Virus record (IMG/VR): IMGVR_UViG_2690315742_000006
Coordinates: 1-22,975 of that record
Reading direction: 5' to 3' (one strand)
From: a virus
Taxonomy: Duplodnaviria; Heunggongvirae; Uroviricota; Caudoviricetes
Length of the DNA: 22,975 bases
Part shown: positions 1 to 9,001 of the stretch, piece after piece
How the letters are laid out: every line of letters starts with the position of its first letter
Position numbering within the stretch: the first letter of the stretch is position 1
Notes under the pieces: generated by a model
The model's database searches: none
The model's input: the letters and a program-made list of their open reading frames with translations, nothing else
Told to the model about the DNA's origin: nothing
Program-made: the position numbers and the translations under genes

Positions 1-132
1 AGAGCCGTTGAAGCCAGAACTGTGGACCACATCATTCCGAAAGCTCATGGTGGCACGGATGCAGACAGTAACCTGCAGAGTCTGTGCTGGCCCTGTCATA
101 AAGCAAAAACAGCGCGCGAACGCATCAATTGA
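1..132 (+). CDS. HNH endonuclease, C-terminal fragment (5' end outside window)
   Basis: Frame 1 reads ...VDHIIPKAHGGTDADSNLQSLCWPCHKAKTARERIN*, i.e. an HNH motif with His, Asn and a CxxC-like C-x2-H pair; stop TGA at 130-132; sits directly upstream of the terminase genes. Confidence 0.7.
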   Translation, partial: RAVEARTVDHIIPKAHGGTDADSNLQSLCWPCHKAKTARERIN

Positions 133-279
133 TAACAGTTCCCATCTGTAGGGGAGGGGCGGGTCAAATCTCTGCAACCCTGGCTGCTCAGTACCGCCGC
201 CTGACCCTTCCTCACATCGCCGCAGGTTCGAAAACTTTTTTTGGAAATGTGAACAAACGATTGATAGGTAAGACCGATT

Positions 280-762
280 ATGTCAGGACCTCCGAAAACC
301 CCGCCACGCCTGCATTTGATACGAGGCAACCCCTCAAAGCGCCCCGTTAAAGACTCAAAAAAAACCGCTAAAAAGGATGAAAAAGGTCTCCCTAAAATTC
401 CGCAGCATTTAGGGGCACAGGGGAAGTACTGGTTCAGGCGAATGGCGGAAGAGCTGAATGCGGAAGGGATCATTTCTCAGCTTGATGCGCGTGCACTCGA
501 GTTGCTGGTGGAAGCCTATACCGAATATCGGCATCACTGCGAAACACTCGATGTTGAGGGGTATACCTACCGCACGGAAACGCAGAGCGGTGATGTACTG
601 ATTAAGGCGCACCCCGCGGCGGCAATGAAAGCGGATGCCTGGAAGCGGATCCGGGCAATGCTTGCAGAGTTTGGTATGTCACCGGCAAGCCGGGCTAAAG
701 TAAATATTGCCGGACCGGATGATGTTGATCCGCTGGCGGAGCTTTTAAAAGCGAGAGACTGA
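280..762 (+). CDS. Terminase small subunit (P27-like)
   Basis: 160-aa basic N-terminus (KRPVKDSKKTAKKDEKG); immediately precedes large terminase with ATGA stop/start overlap at 760-764. Confidence 0.7.
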   Translation: MSGPPKTPPRLHLIRGNPSKRPVKDSKKTAKKDEKGLPKIPQHLGAQGKYWFRRMAEELNAEGIISQLDARALELLVEAYTEYRHHCETLDVEGYTYRTETQSGDVLIKAHPAAAMKADAWKRIRAMLAEFGMSPASRAKVNIAGPDDVDPLAELLKARD

Positions 763-2519
763 TGGCAAAAGTGGCTGACGGGATCCGCTACGCCGAACGT
801 GTTGTTGCAGGAGAAATTGTTGCTGGCGAATTTGTCCGCCTGGCCTGCCAGCGTTTTCTTGATGATCTAAAGTACGGCGAAGAGCGGGGGATTTATTTCA
901 GTGAACCACGTGCGCAGCACATCCTGAATTTCTACAAATTTGTGCCTCATGTAAAAGGGGCGCTGGCAGGCCAGCCTATTGAGTTGATGGACTGGCATGT
1001 ATTTATCCTCATTAATATTTTTGGTTTTGTCATTCCGCTGGTCAATGAAGAGACCGGGGAAGTTGTCATGCGCAGCGATGGCAGCGGGCGCCCGGTGATG
1101 GTGCGCCGGTTCCGGACAGCATACAACGAAGTTGCCCGTAAAAACGCAAAATCAACCCTGTCATCGGGTATCGGTCTGTATATGACGGGGGCAGATGGTG
1201 AAGGCGGTGCTGAGGTGTATTCAGCCGCAACCACGCGTGACCAGGCCAGAATCGTGTTTGAAGACGCCAAAAATATGGTCAGAAAAGCCCGGTCGACACT
1301 CGGGCGGTTGTTTGATTTCAACAAGCTGGCGATTTACCAGGAGCAGAGCGCATCAAAATTTGAACCGCTTTCTTCGGATGCAAACAACCTGGATGGTCTG
1401 AACATCCACTGCGCCATTATTGATGAGCTGCATGCACATAAAACCCGTGACGTGTGGGACGTTCTGGAAACGGCAACCGGTGCCCGTCTGCAGTCCCTTT
1501 TATTTGGTATCACCACGGCAGGGTTTAACAAGGAAGGGATTTGTTACGAGCAGCGTGATTATGCCATCAAGGTATTGCGTGGCTATAACAGCGACGTGGA
1601 GGGCGCTGTAAAAGACGACTCCTACTTTGCGATTATTTACACCCTCGATGAGGGAGATGATCCGTTTGATGAAACGGTCTGGCAGAAAGCGAATCCTGGC
1701 CTGGGCATCTGTAAACGCTGGGATGATCTGCGTCGTCTGGCGAAAAAAGCGAAAGAACAGGTCTCTGCGCGGGTGAATTTTTTTACCAAACACATGAATG
1801 TGTGGGTAACAGCAGAGTCTGCCTGGATGGACATGATTAAGTGGGAGAAGTGCGAATACATTGCCCCGCGACATGAGCTGAAAACGTATCCCATGTGGGT
1901 CGGCGTTGACCTTGCTCATAAGATTGATATCTGTGCGGCGGCAAAACTCTGGCGAACGGATAACGGGCATGTTCATGCCGATTTTAAATTCTGGCTCCCG
2001 GAAGGACGGCTGGAACGATGCTCGCGGCAGCAGGCAGAACTTTACCGGAAGTGGGCGGAGATGGATAAGCTGATTCTGACGGATGGTGATGTTATCGATC
2101 ATGCTCAGATAAAAAGTGACTTACTGGAATGGATTGGTGGTGAAAACCTCAGGGAACTGGGATTTGACCCGTGGAGCGCGATGCAGTTCAGCCTAGCACT
2201 GGCTGAAGAAGGGATACCGCTGGTGGAGGTTCCGCAGACGGTTCGCAATCTGTCAGAGGCCATGAAGGAAACGGAATCACTGGTCTATGCCGGACGTTTC
2301 CATCACAGCAATCATCCGGTCATGAACTGGATGATGTCTAACGTTACGGTAAAACCGGACAAAAACGACAATATCTTCCCGAATAAATCCACGCTGGAAG
2401 CCAAAATCGACGGCCCTGTTGCGATGTTTACAGCAATGAGCCGGATGCTGGTCAATGGTGGTGAACCGGAGCCGGATCTGTCTGAACATCTGGTCAGCGT
2501 GGGCATCCGCTCGCTTTAA
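762..2519 (+). CDS. Terminase large subunit
   Basis: 585-aa ORF between small terminase and portal; size and position typical of TerL. Confidence 0.85.
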   Translation: MAKVADGIRYAERVVAGEIVAGEFVRLACQRFLDDLKYGEERGIYFSEPRAQHILNFYKFVPHVKGALAGQPIELMDWHVFILINIFGFVIPLVNEETGEVVMRSDGSGRPVMVRRFRTAYNEVARKNAKSTLSSGIGLYMTGADGEGGAEVYSAATTRDQARIVFEDAKNMVRKARSTLGRLFDFNKLAIYQEQSASKFEPLSSDANNLDGLNIHCAIIDELHAHKTRDVWDVLETATGARLQSLLFGITTAGFNKEGICYEQRDYAIKVLRGYNSDVEGAVKDDSYFAIIYTLDEGDDPFDETVWQKANPGLGICKRWDDLRRLAKKAKEQVSARVNFFTKHMNVWVTAESAWMDMIKWEKCEYIAPRHELKTYPMWVGVDLAHKIDICAAAKLWRTDNGHVHADFKFWLPEGRLERCSRQQAELYRKWAEMDKLILTDGDVIDHAQIKSDLLEWIGGENLRELGFDPWSAMQFSLALAEEGIPLVEVPQTVRNLSEAMKETESLVYAGRFHHSNHPVMNWMMSNVTVKPDKNDNIFPNKSTLEAKIDGPVAMFTAMSRMLVNGGEPEPDLSEHLVSVGIRSL

Positions 2520-2530
2520 CCGAGGTCATT

Positions 2531-2713
2531 ATGTTTCTGATAATTCTCGCGCCACTGGTGGGCGTGCTGGGTGCGCTTTTGCTGGCGTATGGTGCCTGGC
2601 TGATTTATCCCCCGGCGGGTTTTGTTGTTGCCGGGGCGCTGTGCCTGTTCTGGTCGTGGCTGGTGGCGCGATATCTCGACCGTACACAGCCGTCTGTCGG
2701 CGGAGGTAAATAG
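2531..2713 (+). CDS. Small hydrophobic protein, two predicted transmembrane helices, function unknown
   Basis: 60 aa, [49 protein letters not shown]; GAGG 5 nt upstream of ATG; stop TAG 2711-2713 overlaps the portal GTG start by 1 nt. Confidence 0.5.
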   Translation: MFLIILAPLVGVLGALLLAYGAWLIYPPAGFVVAGALCLFWSWLVARYLDRTQPSVGGGK

Positions 2714-3954
2714 TGTTCTTTTCGGGATTATTTCAACGAAAAAGTGACGCGCCGGTGACCACGCCAGCAGAGCTGGCGGATGCTATCGGGCTGTCATACG
2801 ACACCTATACCGGAAAGCAGATCAGCAGCCAGCGGGCCATGCGACTGACGGCGGTTTTTTCCTGCGTCAGGGTGCTGGCAGAGTCGGTCGGGATGTTGCC
2901 CTGCAATCTGTATCACCTGAACGGCAGCCTGAAACAGAGAGCCACCGGCGAACGTCTGCATAAGCTGATCTCCACGCATCCCAATGGATATATGACGCCG
3001 CAGGAGTTCTGGGAGCTGGTGGTCACCTGTCTGTGCCTGAGGGGAAACTTTTACGCCTACAAAGTGAAAGCATTTGGCGAAGTGGCTGAACTGCTGCCCG
3101 TCGATCCTGGCTGTGTGGTACCGAAGCTTAACAGTAGCTGGGAGCCGGTCTATCAGGTCACATTCCCGGACGGCTCCACGGATGTACTGAGCCAGGAGGA
3201 TATCTGGCATGTGCGCACGCTGACGCTGGACGGACTGGTGGGGCTGAATCCCATCGCCTATGCCCGCGAGGCAATATCGCTGGCGGCAGCGACCGAAGAG
3301 CACGGGGCCAGACTGTTCAGCAATGGTGCGGTGACGTCCGGTGTGTTGCGTACAGAGCAGACGCTGTCAGATCAGGCTTACGAGCGCCTGAAGAAAGATT
3401 TTGAGGAGCGTCACACCGGGCTTGGCAATGCTCACCGCCCGATGATCCTTGAGATGGGGCTGGACTGGAAGTCGATGGCGCTGAACGCCGAGGACAGCCA
3501 GTTCCTGGAAACCCGCAAGTTTCAGCTTGAAGAAATCTGTCGTCTGTTTCGGGTGCCGTTGCACATGGTGCAGAACACCGATCGCGCCACCTTCAACAAT
3601 ATCGAAGAGCTGGGGCTGGGATTTATCAACTATTCACTGGTGCCGTATCTGACCCGCATTGAGCAGCGGATCAACACCGGACTGGTACGAAAAAGTAAGC
3701 AGGGCGTTTATTACGCCAAATTTAACGCCGGGGCGTTACTGCGCGGGGATATGAAGTCCCGTTTTGAAGCCTACGCCACCGGGATCAACTGGGGAATTTA
3801 CTCTCCTAATGACTGCCGCGACCTGGAAGATATGAATCCGCGTCCCGGTGGTGATGTCTATCTCACCCCGATGAACATGACCACGAAACCCTCCGATGGC
3901 AGTAAAGCCGGTAAGCAGAAGGATAACGCCAATGCAGACGAAACAACGTCTTGA
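2713..3954 (+). CDS. Portal protein (HK97-type)
   Basis: 413-aa ORF in canonical position after TerL; GTG start at 2713 with GGAGG at 2702-2706. Confidence 0.85.
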   Translation: MFFSGLFQRKSDAPVTTPAELADAIGLSYDTYTGKQISSQRAMRLTAVFSCVRVLAESVGMLPCNLYHLNGSLKQRATGERLHKLISTHPNGYMTPQEFWELVVTCLCLRGNFYAYKVKAFGEVAELLPVDPGCVVPKLNSSWEPVYQVTFPDGSTDVLSQEDIWHVRTLTLDGLVGLNPIAYAREAISLAAATEEHGARLFSNGAVTSGVLRTEQTLSDQAYERLKKDFEERHTGLGNAHRPMILEMGLDWKSMALNAEDSQFLETRKFQLEEICRLFRVPLHMVQNTDRATFNNIEELGLGFINYSLVPYLTRIEQRINTGLVRKSKQGVYYAKFNAGALLRGDMKSRFEAYATGINWGIYSPNDCRDLEDMNPRPGGDVYLTPMNMTTKPSDGSKAGKQKDNANADETTS

Positions 3955-4582
3955 TGTACCGCTGAGTCTGAAATCTGTCAGTGACTCCGGTGAGTTTGAA
4001 GGGTATGGCTCCGTCTTTGGTGTAAAGGACAGCCACGATGATGTGGTGATGTCCGGGGCATTTGCTGCTTCCCTGCGGGCGTGGAGTGACAGAAAAGCGT
4101 TACCTGCGCTGCTCTGGCAGCACCGCATGGATGAACCCATCGGTGTTTACACCGAAATGAAGGAAGACGATGTCGGGCTTTACGTCAGGGGACGGTTGCT
4201 TATTGATGATGATCCCCTCGCAAAACGCGCACATGCACACATGAAGGCCGGTTCGTTAACCGGCCTTTCTATTGGGTACGTCCTGAAAGACTGGGAATAC
4301 GACCGGAGCAAAGAAGCCTTTCTGCTGAAAGAAATCGACCTCTGGGAAGTCAGCCTGGTGACGTTCCCGTCTAACGACGAGGCGCGGATCAGCGACGTCA
4401 AGAACGCACTGGCCCGCGGGGAAATCCCCGAACAGAAAAAAATCGAAAGAGTCCTGCGTGATGTCGGACTCTCCCGTACCCAGGCCAAAGCATTCATGGC
4501 CGGGGGCTATGGCGCACTGTCCCTGCGCGACGCTGAGGATGTGGGCTCTGCACTGAATGCACTGAAAAATCTGAACTTCTAA
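3932..4582 (+). CDS. Prohead maturation protease (HK97 family)
   Basis: Motifs GYGSVFGVKDSHDDVVMSGAF and WQHRMDEPIGV typical of HK97 prohead proteases; ATG 3932 has AAGGA upstream; the in-frame ATG at 3896 is an alternative start. Confidence 0.8.
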   Translation: MQTKQRLDVPLSLKSVSDSGEFEGYGSVFGVKDSHDDVVMSGAFAASLRAWSDRKALPALLWQHRMDEPIGVYTEMKEDDVGLYVRGRLLIDDDPLAKRAHAHMKAGSLTGLSIGYVLKDWEYDRSKEAFLLKEIDLWEVSLVTFPSNDEARISDVKNALARGEIPEQKKIERVLRDVGLSRTQAKAFMAGGYGALSLRDAEDVGSALNALKNLNF

Positions 4583-4596
4583 TCAGGAGAAATACG

Positions 4597-5802
4597 ATGG
4601 CGGTTGATATTAAAGATGTCGAACAGGTCGCGCAGGAGCTGCAGCAGAAGTTTGACGACTTCAAAGCAAAGAACGACAAGCGCGTTGAGGCGATTGAGCA
4701 GGAAAAAGGCAAACTTGCCGGGCAGGTGGAAACCCTGAACGGAAAACTCAGCGAGCTGGAAAATCTCAAAAGCGATCTTGAAAAAGAGCTGCTTGAGCTG
4801 AAACGTCCGGCAGGTGGTGCGCAAAATAAACTGGCCACCGAGCATAAAGAAGCGTTTGTGGGCTTCCTGCGTAAAGGCCGTGAAGATGGTCTGCGCGATC
4901 TGGAGCGTAAGGCATTACAGGTGGGCACCGATGAAGACGGCGGCTATGCCGTGCCGGAAGAACTGGATCGCAACATTCTCAATCTGCTGAAAGATGAAGT
5001 GGTGATGCGCCAGGAAGCCACGGTGATCACCGTTGGCGGTTCCGACTACAAAAAACTGGTGAATCTGGGCGGCACGGCTTCCGGATGGGTTGGCGAGACT
5101 GACGCGCGCTCCCAGACTGCCACCTCAAAACTGGGACTGATTGAACCTTTCATGGGGGAAATCTACGGTAACCCGCAGGCCACCCAGAAAATGCTGGATG
5201 ATGCTTTCTTCAACGTGGAGGCCTGGATCAACAGCGAGCTGGCAACCGAATTTGCCGAACAGGAAGAAATTGCCTTTACCACCGGCGATGGTACCAAGAA
5301 GCCGAAAGGGTTCCTGGCGTATGAGTCCACTGATGAAACCGACAAGGTCCGGGCGTTCGGCAAACTTCAGCATATTGTATCCGGCGAAGCGACGGCAGTG
5401 ACCGCAGATGCCATTATCAAACTGATTTACACGCTGCGTAAGGCACACCGCACTGGCGCGAAGTTCATGATGAACAACAACAGCCTGTTTGCCATCCGTC
5501 TGCTTAAAGACAGCGAGGGTAACTATCTGTGGCGTCCGGGGCTGGAACTGGGGCAGCCGTCCTCTCTGGCGGGTTACGGTATCGCTGAAAACGAACAGAT
5601 GCCGGATATCGCCGCTGATGCGAAAGCCATTGCATTTGGTAACTTCAAACGGGGTTACACCATCGTTGACCGTATCGGCACCCGCATTCTGCGTGACCCG
5701 TACACCAATAAACCGTTTGTCGGTTTTTATACCACCAAGCGCACCGGCGGGATGCTGGTCGATTCGCAGGCCATCAAACTGCTGAAGATTGCAGCAGCGT
5801 AA
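4597..5802 (+). CDS. Major capsid protein (HK97 fold) with N-terminal coiled-coil scaffold (delta) domain
   Basis: 401 aa; first ~100 residues are a heptad-rich charged coiled coil (QELQQKFDDFKAKNDKRVEAIEQEKGKLAGQVETLNGKLSELENLKSDLEKELLELK) and no separate scaffold gene is present; GGAGA RBS. Confidence 0.85.
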   Translation: MAVDIKDVEQVAQELQQKFDDFKAKNDKRVEAIEQEKGKLAGQVETLNGKLSELENLKSDLEKELLELKRPAGGAQNKLATEHKEAFVGFLRKGREDGLRDLERKALQVGTDEDGGYAVPEELDRNILNLLKDEVVMRQEATVITVGGSDYKKLVNLGGTASGWVGETDARSQTATSKLGLIEPFMGEIYGNPQATQKMLDDAFFNVEAWINSELATEFAEQEEIAFTTGDGTKKPKGFLAYESTDETDKVRAFGKLQHIVSGEATAVTADAIIKLIYTLRKAHRTGAKFMMNNNSLFAIRLLKDSEGNYLWRPGLELGQPSSLAGYGIAENEQMPDIAADAKAIAFGNFKRGYTIVDRIGTRILRDPYTNKPFVGFYTTKRTGGMLVDSQAIKLLKIAAA

Positions 5803-5810
5803 TCATTCAG

Positions 5811-5836
5811 GGGGCGCAGAAGTGCGCCCCTGTTCT
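5811..5836 (+). terminator. Stem-loop downstream of capsid gene (partial terminator or mRNA stabiliser)
   Basis: GGGGCGCA gaag TGCGCCCC, 8-bp GC-rich stem with 4-nt loop at 5811-5830, followed by a weak T-tract (tgttct). Confidence 0.5.
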
Positions 5837-5852
5837 GACAGGTGAAAGAATC

Positions 5853-6041
5853 ATGATCCTGAAACAAGATCTGAAATGGTCACCGGACGGTATGCGTGTT
5901 GAGATTATTCGGGCCGGTGAGTATGAAGATAAAGAATTACCCGAACGGGTACGCGAAATTGCCACTGCAGCTGGGATTGTCTCTGATAAGAGAACACCTG
6001 TTGCGCGGGGGGCTGATAAGTCTAAAAAACAGCATTCATAG
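5853..6041 (+). CDS. Hypothetical small protein (62 aa)
   Basis: ATG at 5853 with AGGTG 8 nt upstream; charged hydrophilic sequence MILKQDLKWSPDGMRVEIIRAGEYEDKELPERVREIATAAGIVSDKRTPVARGADKSKKQHS; no family recognised. Confidence 0.4.
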   Translation: MILKQDLKWSPDGMRVEIIRAGEYEDKELPERVREIATAAGIVSDKRTPVARGADKSKKQHS

Positions 6042-6052
6042 AGGTTGCCCAA

Positions 6053-6358
6053 ATGATGCCCACTCTGGAAGAGCTTCGTGTTCAGTGCCGGATTGATGAT
6101 GACAATGAACAGGAGAATTCTCTTCTTATGATGTATCTGGCTGCTGCCAGGGAAGAGGCTGAAAAGTTTTTAAACCGGACGCTTTACGATGAAACTGTTT
6201 CTGAGCAGGATACGACCGGGCTTGTAATAACACCTCTGATAAAACTGCGTCTTATGCAACTGGTTGGCTACTGGTACGAGAACAGGGAAATGCAGGATGC
6301 AGTGCCTGATTTTTTCTATACCGGACTGCGGATGTATCGATTTCATCCCGGAACATAG
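6053..6358 (+). CDS. Head-tail connector protein (gp6-like)
   Basis: 101 aa, first gene after the capsid gene; LEELRVQCRIDDD...YLAAAREEAEKFL resembles gp6-type connectors. Confidence 0.6.
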   Translation: MMPTLEELRVQCRIDDDNEQENSLLMMYLAAAREEAEKFLNRTLYDETVSEQDTTGLVITPLIKLRLMQLVGYWYENREMQDAVPDFFYTGLRMYRFHPGT

Positions 6359-6366
6359 GAGGATTC

Positions 6367-6705
6367 ATGCAGGCAGGAAGATTACGTGATCGTGTGGTTA
6401 TTCTGAATGCCACCACCGTTCGGTCTCCGTCAGGGCACCCTGTGGAAACAATGACGGAGGGGGCAACCATATGGGCAGAAGTTAAGGGGATCAGTGGCAG
6501 GGAGAGAATATCCGGAGGCGCAGAAACTGCTCAGGCTACAGTGAGGGTCTGGATGAGATTCCGGCGAGATGTAACAGCAACTTCATGTCTGAAAGTGCTG
6601 ACTGGTGCATTCAAAGGCGCGATTCTGAGTATAGACGGTCCGCCGATACCGGATGCTCGTGCCACACGGCTTGAGATACTCTGTTCTCAGAAGGGGAATG
6701 TGTGA
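6367..6705 (+). CDS. Head closure / head-tail adaptor protein
   Basis: 112 aa; N-terminal MQAGRLRDRVVIL is the typical head-closure signature; AGGAGG RBS. Confidence 0.6.
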   Translation: MQAGRLRDRVVILNATTVRSPSGHPVETMTEGATIWAEVKGISGRERISGGAETAQATVRVWMRFRRDVTATSCLKVLTGAFKGAILSIDGPPIPDARATRLEILCSQKGNV

Positions 6706-7151
6706 TGGATTTCAGTCTTGATTTTTCAGGTCTGGCGGATATTGCACGGGATCTGGAGACGCTCAGCAGGGCAGAAAACAATAAGGTACTGCGCGATGCC
6801 ACCCGTGCCGGTGCTGAAGTTATGCGGGATGCAGTTGTTGAACGTGCGCCGGAGCGAACCGGGAAACTGAAGAAAAATGTGGTTGTTCTCACTCAGCGTT
6901 CAAAGCGTCGGGGGGAAATTATCTCGGGTGTCCACATTCGTGGACGGAACCTGCGGACCGGAAACAGTGATAACAGCATGAAAGCCAGTGATCCCCGAAA
7001 TGCGTTTTACTGGCGCTTTGTGGAGCTGGGAACGATAAACATGCCCGCGCATCCGTTCATTCGCCCGGCTTTCGATACGACAGAGGAACTGGCAGCACAG
7101 ATTGCCATACAGCGAATGAATCAGGCTATTGATGAGGTCTTAAGTAAATGA
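6705..7151 (+). CDS. HK97 gp10-family neck / tail-completion protein
   Basis: AFYWRFVELGTINMPAHPFIRPAFD motif; ATG 6705 overlaps previous stop (GTGATG); GTG 6702 is an alternative start. Confidence 0.65.
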   Translation: MDFSLDFSGLADIARDLETLSRAENNKVLRDATRAGAEVMRDAVVERAPERTGKLKKNVVVLTQRSKRRGEIISGVHIRGRNLRTGNSDNSMKASDPRNAFYWRFVELGTINMPAHPFIRPAFDTTEELAAQIAIQRMNQAIDEVLSK

Positions 7152-7492
7152 GAGAGACCACACTGTATTCCCTGCTGTCTCAACTGGCCGGAGGACAGGT
7201 TTATCCTTATGTGGTCCCGCTGACGGAGGGAAAGCCTGCGGTATCTCCGCCATGGCTGGTATTTTCTGTGGTGTCTGACACTGCGTCTGATGTGCTTGAT
7301 GGTCAGGCTGAATCCAGAATTACCGTGCAGATCGATGTCTGGGCAACAGTACCTGATGACGCAGATGATATCCGTGAGCAGGCGCTTGATGCGGTAAGGC
7401 AACTTGCACCCTCCGTTATTTCTAAAACTCAGGGTTATGATCCTGATTCCCGTCTGAGCAGAGCCACGCTTGAATTTCAGGTAATAGCCTGA
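7148..7492 (+). CDS. Tail terminator-like protein
   Basis: 114 aa; ATGA overlap with upstream gene; position immediately before the major tail gene. Confidence 0.5.
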   Translation: MRETTLYSLLSQLAGGQVYPYVVPLTEGKPAVSPPWLVFSVVSDTASDVLDGQAESRITVQIDVWATVPDDADDIREQALDAVRQLAPSVISKTQGYDPDSRLSRATLEFQVIA

Positions 7493-7512
7493 GGTCGTTA
7501 ATGATTTTACCC

Positions 7513-7535
7513 ACCCGCCGCTGGCGGGTTTTTTA
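7513..7535 (+). terminator. Intrinsic-terminator-like hairpin upstream of major tail gene
   Basis: aCCCGCC gct GGCGGGt followed by TTTTTT (7529-7534) then ATTTTC. Confidence 0.45.
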
Positions 7536-7551
7536 TTTTCAGGAGACGAGT

Positions 7552-8256
7552 ATGTCCTCTAATTTTGAGCGTTCGCAACTGACGAAAATTATGATTTCGT
7601 CTGCACCGGTAACAGCAGAAACCCTGGATTCTGCCAGCTATCTTGGTCTGAGCTGTACAATCAAAGAGGTGCAGTTTACCGCAGGACAAAAGCAGGATAT
7701 TGATGTCACCACGCTGTGTTCTGTTGAGCAGGAAAATATTAACGGTCTTGGTGCCGCGTCAGAGATTTCCATGTCAGGCAACTTTTACCTCAATGCTGCC
7801 CAGAACGCGTTGCGCAGTGCCTATGACAATGACACCACGTATGGCTTTAAAGTTATTTTTCCGTCAGGAAACGGATTTACCTTTATGGCAGAGGTGCGTC
7901 AGCATACCTGGTCTGCAGGAACCAATGGTGTTGTGGCTGCAACGTTTTCCCTGCGCCTGAAAGGTAAACCTGTGCTGACGACAGAGCCGCTGAAAGTGAA
8001 GGTCGATTTAAACAGCACGCTGCAGGTTTCTGCCGGAGCGAAACTCGAAATGGTGGTTGAGGCTGCCGGTGGTGTGCCGCCTTATTCTTATGTCTGGAAG
8101 AAAGGTAGTTCTCCTGTTTCCGGACAGACGGCGGCAACATTCAGTAAGGCATCAGCAGCATCAGGTGATGCCGGTGCGTATACCTGCGAGATTTCTGATT
8201 CAGCAAGCCCTGTTAACAAGGTGACCTCCACTTCCTGCACTGTTACCGTCAGTTAA
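7552..8256 (+). CDS. Major tail protein with C-terminal Ig-like domain
   Basis: ATG 7552 with AGGAG 6 nt upstream; C-terminal ~90 aa are beta-rich Ig-like (LQVSAGAKLEMVVEAAGGVPPYSYVWKKGSSPVSGQ...YTCEISD...CTVTVS), the same architecture as lambda gpV. Confidence 0.7.
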   Translation: MSSNFERSQLTKIMISSAPVTAETLDSASYLGLSCTIKEVQFTAGQKQDIDVTTLCSVEQENINGLGAASEISMSGNFYLNAAQNALRSAYDNDTTYGFKVIFPSGNGFTFMAEVRQHTWSAGTNGVVAATFSLRLKGKPVLTTEPLKVKVDLNSTLQVSAGAKLEMVVEAAGGVPPYSYVWKKGSSPVSGQTAATFSKASAASGDAGAYTCEISDSASPVNKVTSTSCTVTVS

Positions 8257-8270
8257 TGAGGATAGATGTG

Positions 8271-8642
8271 ATGACTAAAAATATCCGCAATCTGGCACTG
8301 GCAACGATGTCGGGGTTTCGCCATAAAACTGTTGATGTGCCTGAATGGGAAGGGGCAACGGTTGTATTACGGGAACCTTCTGCAGAAGCCTGGTTGCGCT
8401 GGCAGGAGATCGTTAAAGCAAAAGATGATGAGACACCGTTATCCGTTGCGGAGCGCGCCCGCCGAAATCTGGAGGCAGATGTTGAACTGTTCATTGATGT
8501 TCTGTGTGATACCGGACTGCAACCTGTATTTTCAGAGGATGATCGTGAACAGGTGATTGCCGTGTATGGCCCGGTGCATGCGCGGCTTCTTCGGCAGTCT
8601 CTGGAACTGATCAGTGATGCCGGTGAGGTTAAAAAAAAGTAG
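8271..8642 (+). CDS. Tail assembly chaperone (G-like)
   Basis: ATG 8271 with GAGGA 8 nt upstream; ends ...EVKKK* across a slippery run; position before the tape-measure gene. Confidence 0.7.
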   Translation: MTKNIRNLALATMSGFRHKTVDVPEWEGATVVLREPSAEAWLRWQEIVKAKDDETPLSVAERARRNLEADVELFIDVLCDTGLQPVFSEDDREQVIAVYGPVHARLLRQSLELISDAGEVKKK

Positions 8643-8944
8643 CGCTTCCGGGGATGCGTTTTCTGATGATGCTGGCGCTCAGGATGGGGCGCACATTGTC
8701 AGAGTTACGCCGGGAAATGTCTGCATCAGAAATCATGATGTGGGCAGAATTTGACAGGTTCAGCCCGCTGGGTGACGAGCGGGCTGATATCCGGGCTGCC
8801 CAGATAGTTTCAGCTGTTTACGGTGCGCAGGGGGTCAAAGTGCCACTGAATGATGCGCTTCTTCAGTGGGAGAAGGAGCAGACAGAAGGCACCTCAGATC
8901 CATTTGCTGAGATTGAGAAGGCATTATTTGTTGCAGCTCGATGA
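8271..8944 (+). CDS. Tail assembly chaperone G-T fusion made by -1 frameshift at 8633-8639
   Basis: The T-like ORF (8654-8944) is in the -1 frame relative to G and is open back to the slippery site; no convincing independent RBS for the downstream ORF. Confidence 0.6.
8633..8639 (+). other. Programmed -1 ribosomal frameshift slippery heptamer A_AAA_AAG
   Basis: In the G frame the codons are gtt aaa aaa aag tag; the -1 frame is open from 8639 (VALPGMRFLMM...) to the stop at 8942-8944. Confidence 0.6.
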
Positions 8945-8953
8945 TCTTTTCAC

Positions 8954-8982
8954 TTGACTGGATTATTATTCCCATTTTATTG
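8954..8982 (+). promoter_or_regulatory. Putative sigma70-like promoter for the moron
   Basis: TTGACT at 8954-8959, then a 16-18 nt AT-rich spacer and weak -10-like hexamers (TTTATT / TATTGA) at 8976-8983; not a strong match. Confidence 0.25.
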
Positions 8983-9001
8983 AGAAAGTAAGGAAACATT
9001 G

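Noticed and set aside
129-350. 73-aa plus-strand ORF spanning the HNH/TerS gap
   Set aside because: Overlaps the end of the HNH gene and the start of the small terminase gene in other frames, with no RBS; the gap is more likely a non-coding packaging region.
1500-2102. 200-aa minus-strand ORF
   Set aside because: Antisense to the large terminase gene, which is strongly supported; no independent signals.
4494-4928. 144-aa Ser/Arg-rich minus-strand ORF
   Set aside because: Antisense to the protease/capsid junction and the capsid coiled-coil region; composition artefact.
8332-8556. 74-aa ORF in an alternative frame within the G chaperone
   Set aside because: Nested inside a supported gene with no start context.
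8654-8944. Stand-alone 96-aa ORF after the G chaperone
   Set aside because: Not rejected as coding, but rejected as an independent gene: it has no RBS and is best read as the frameshift extension of G.
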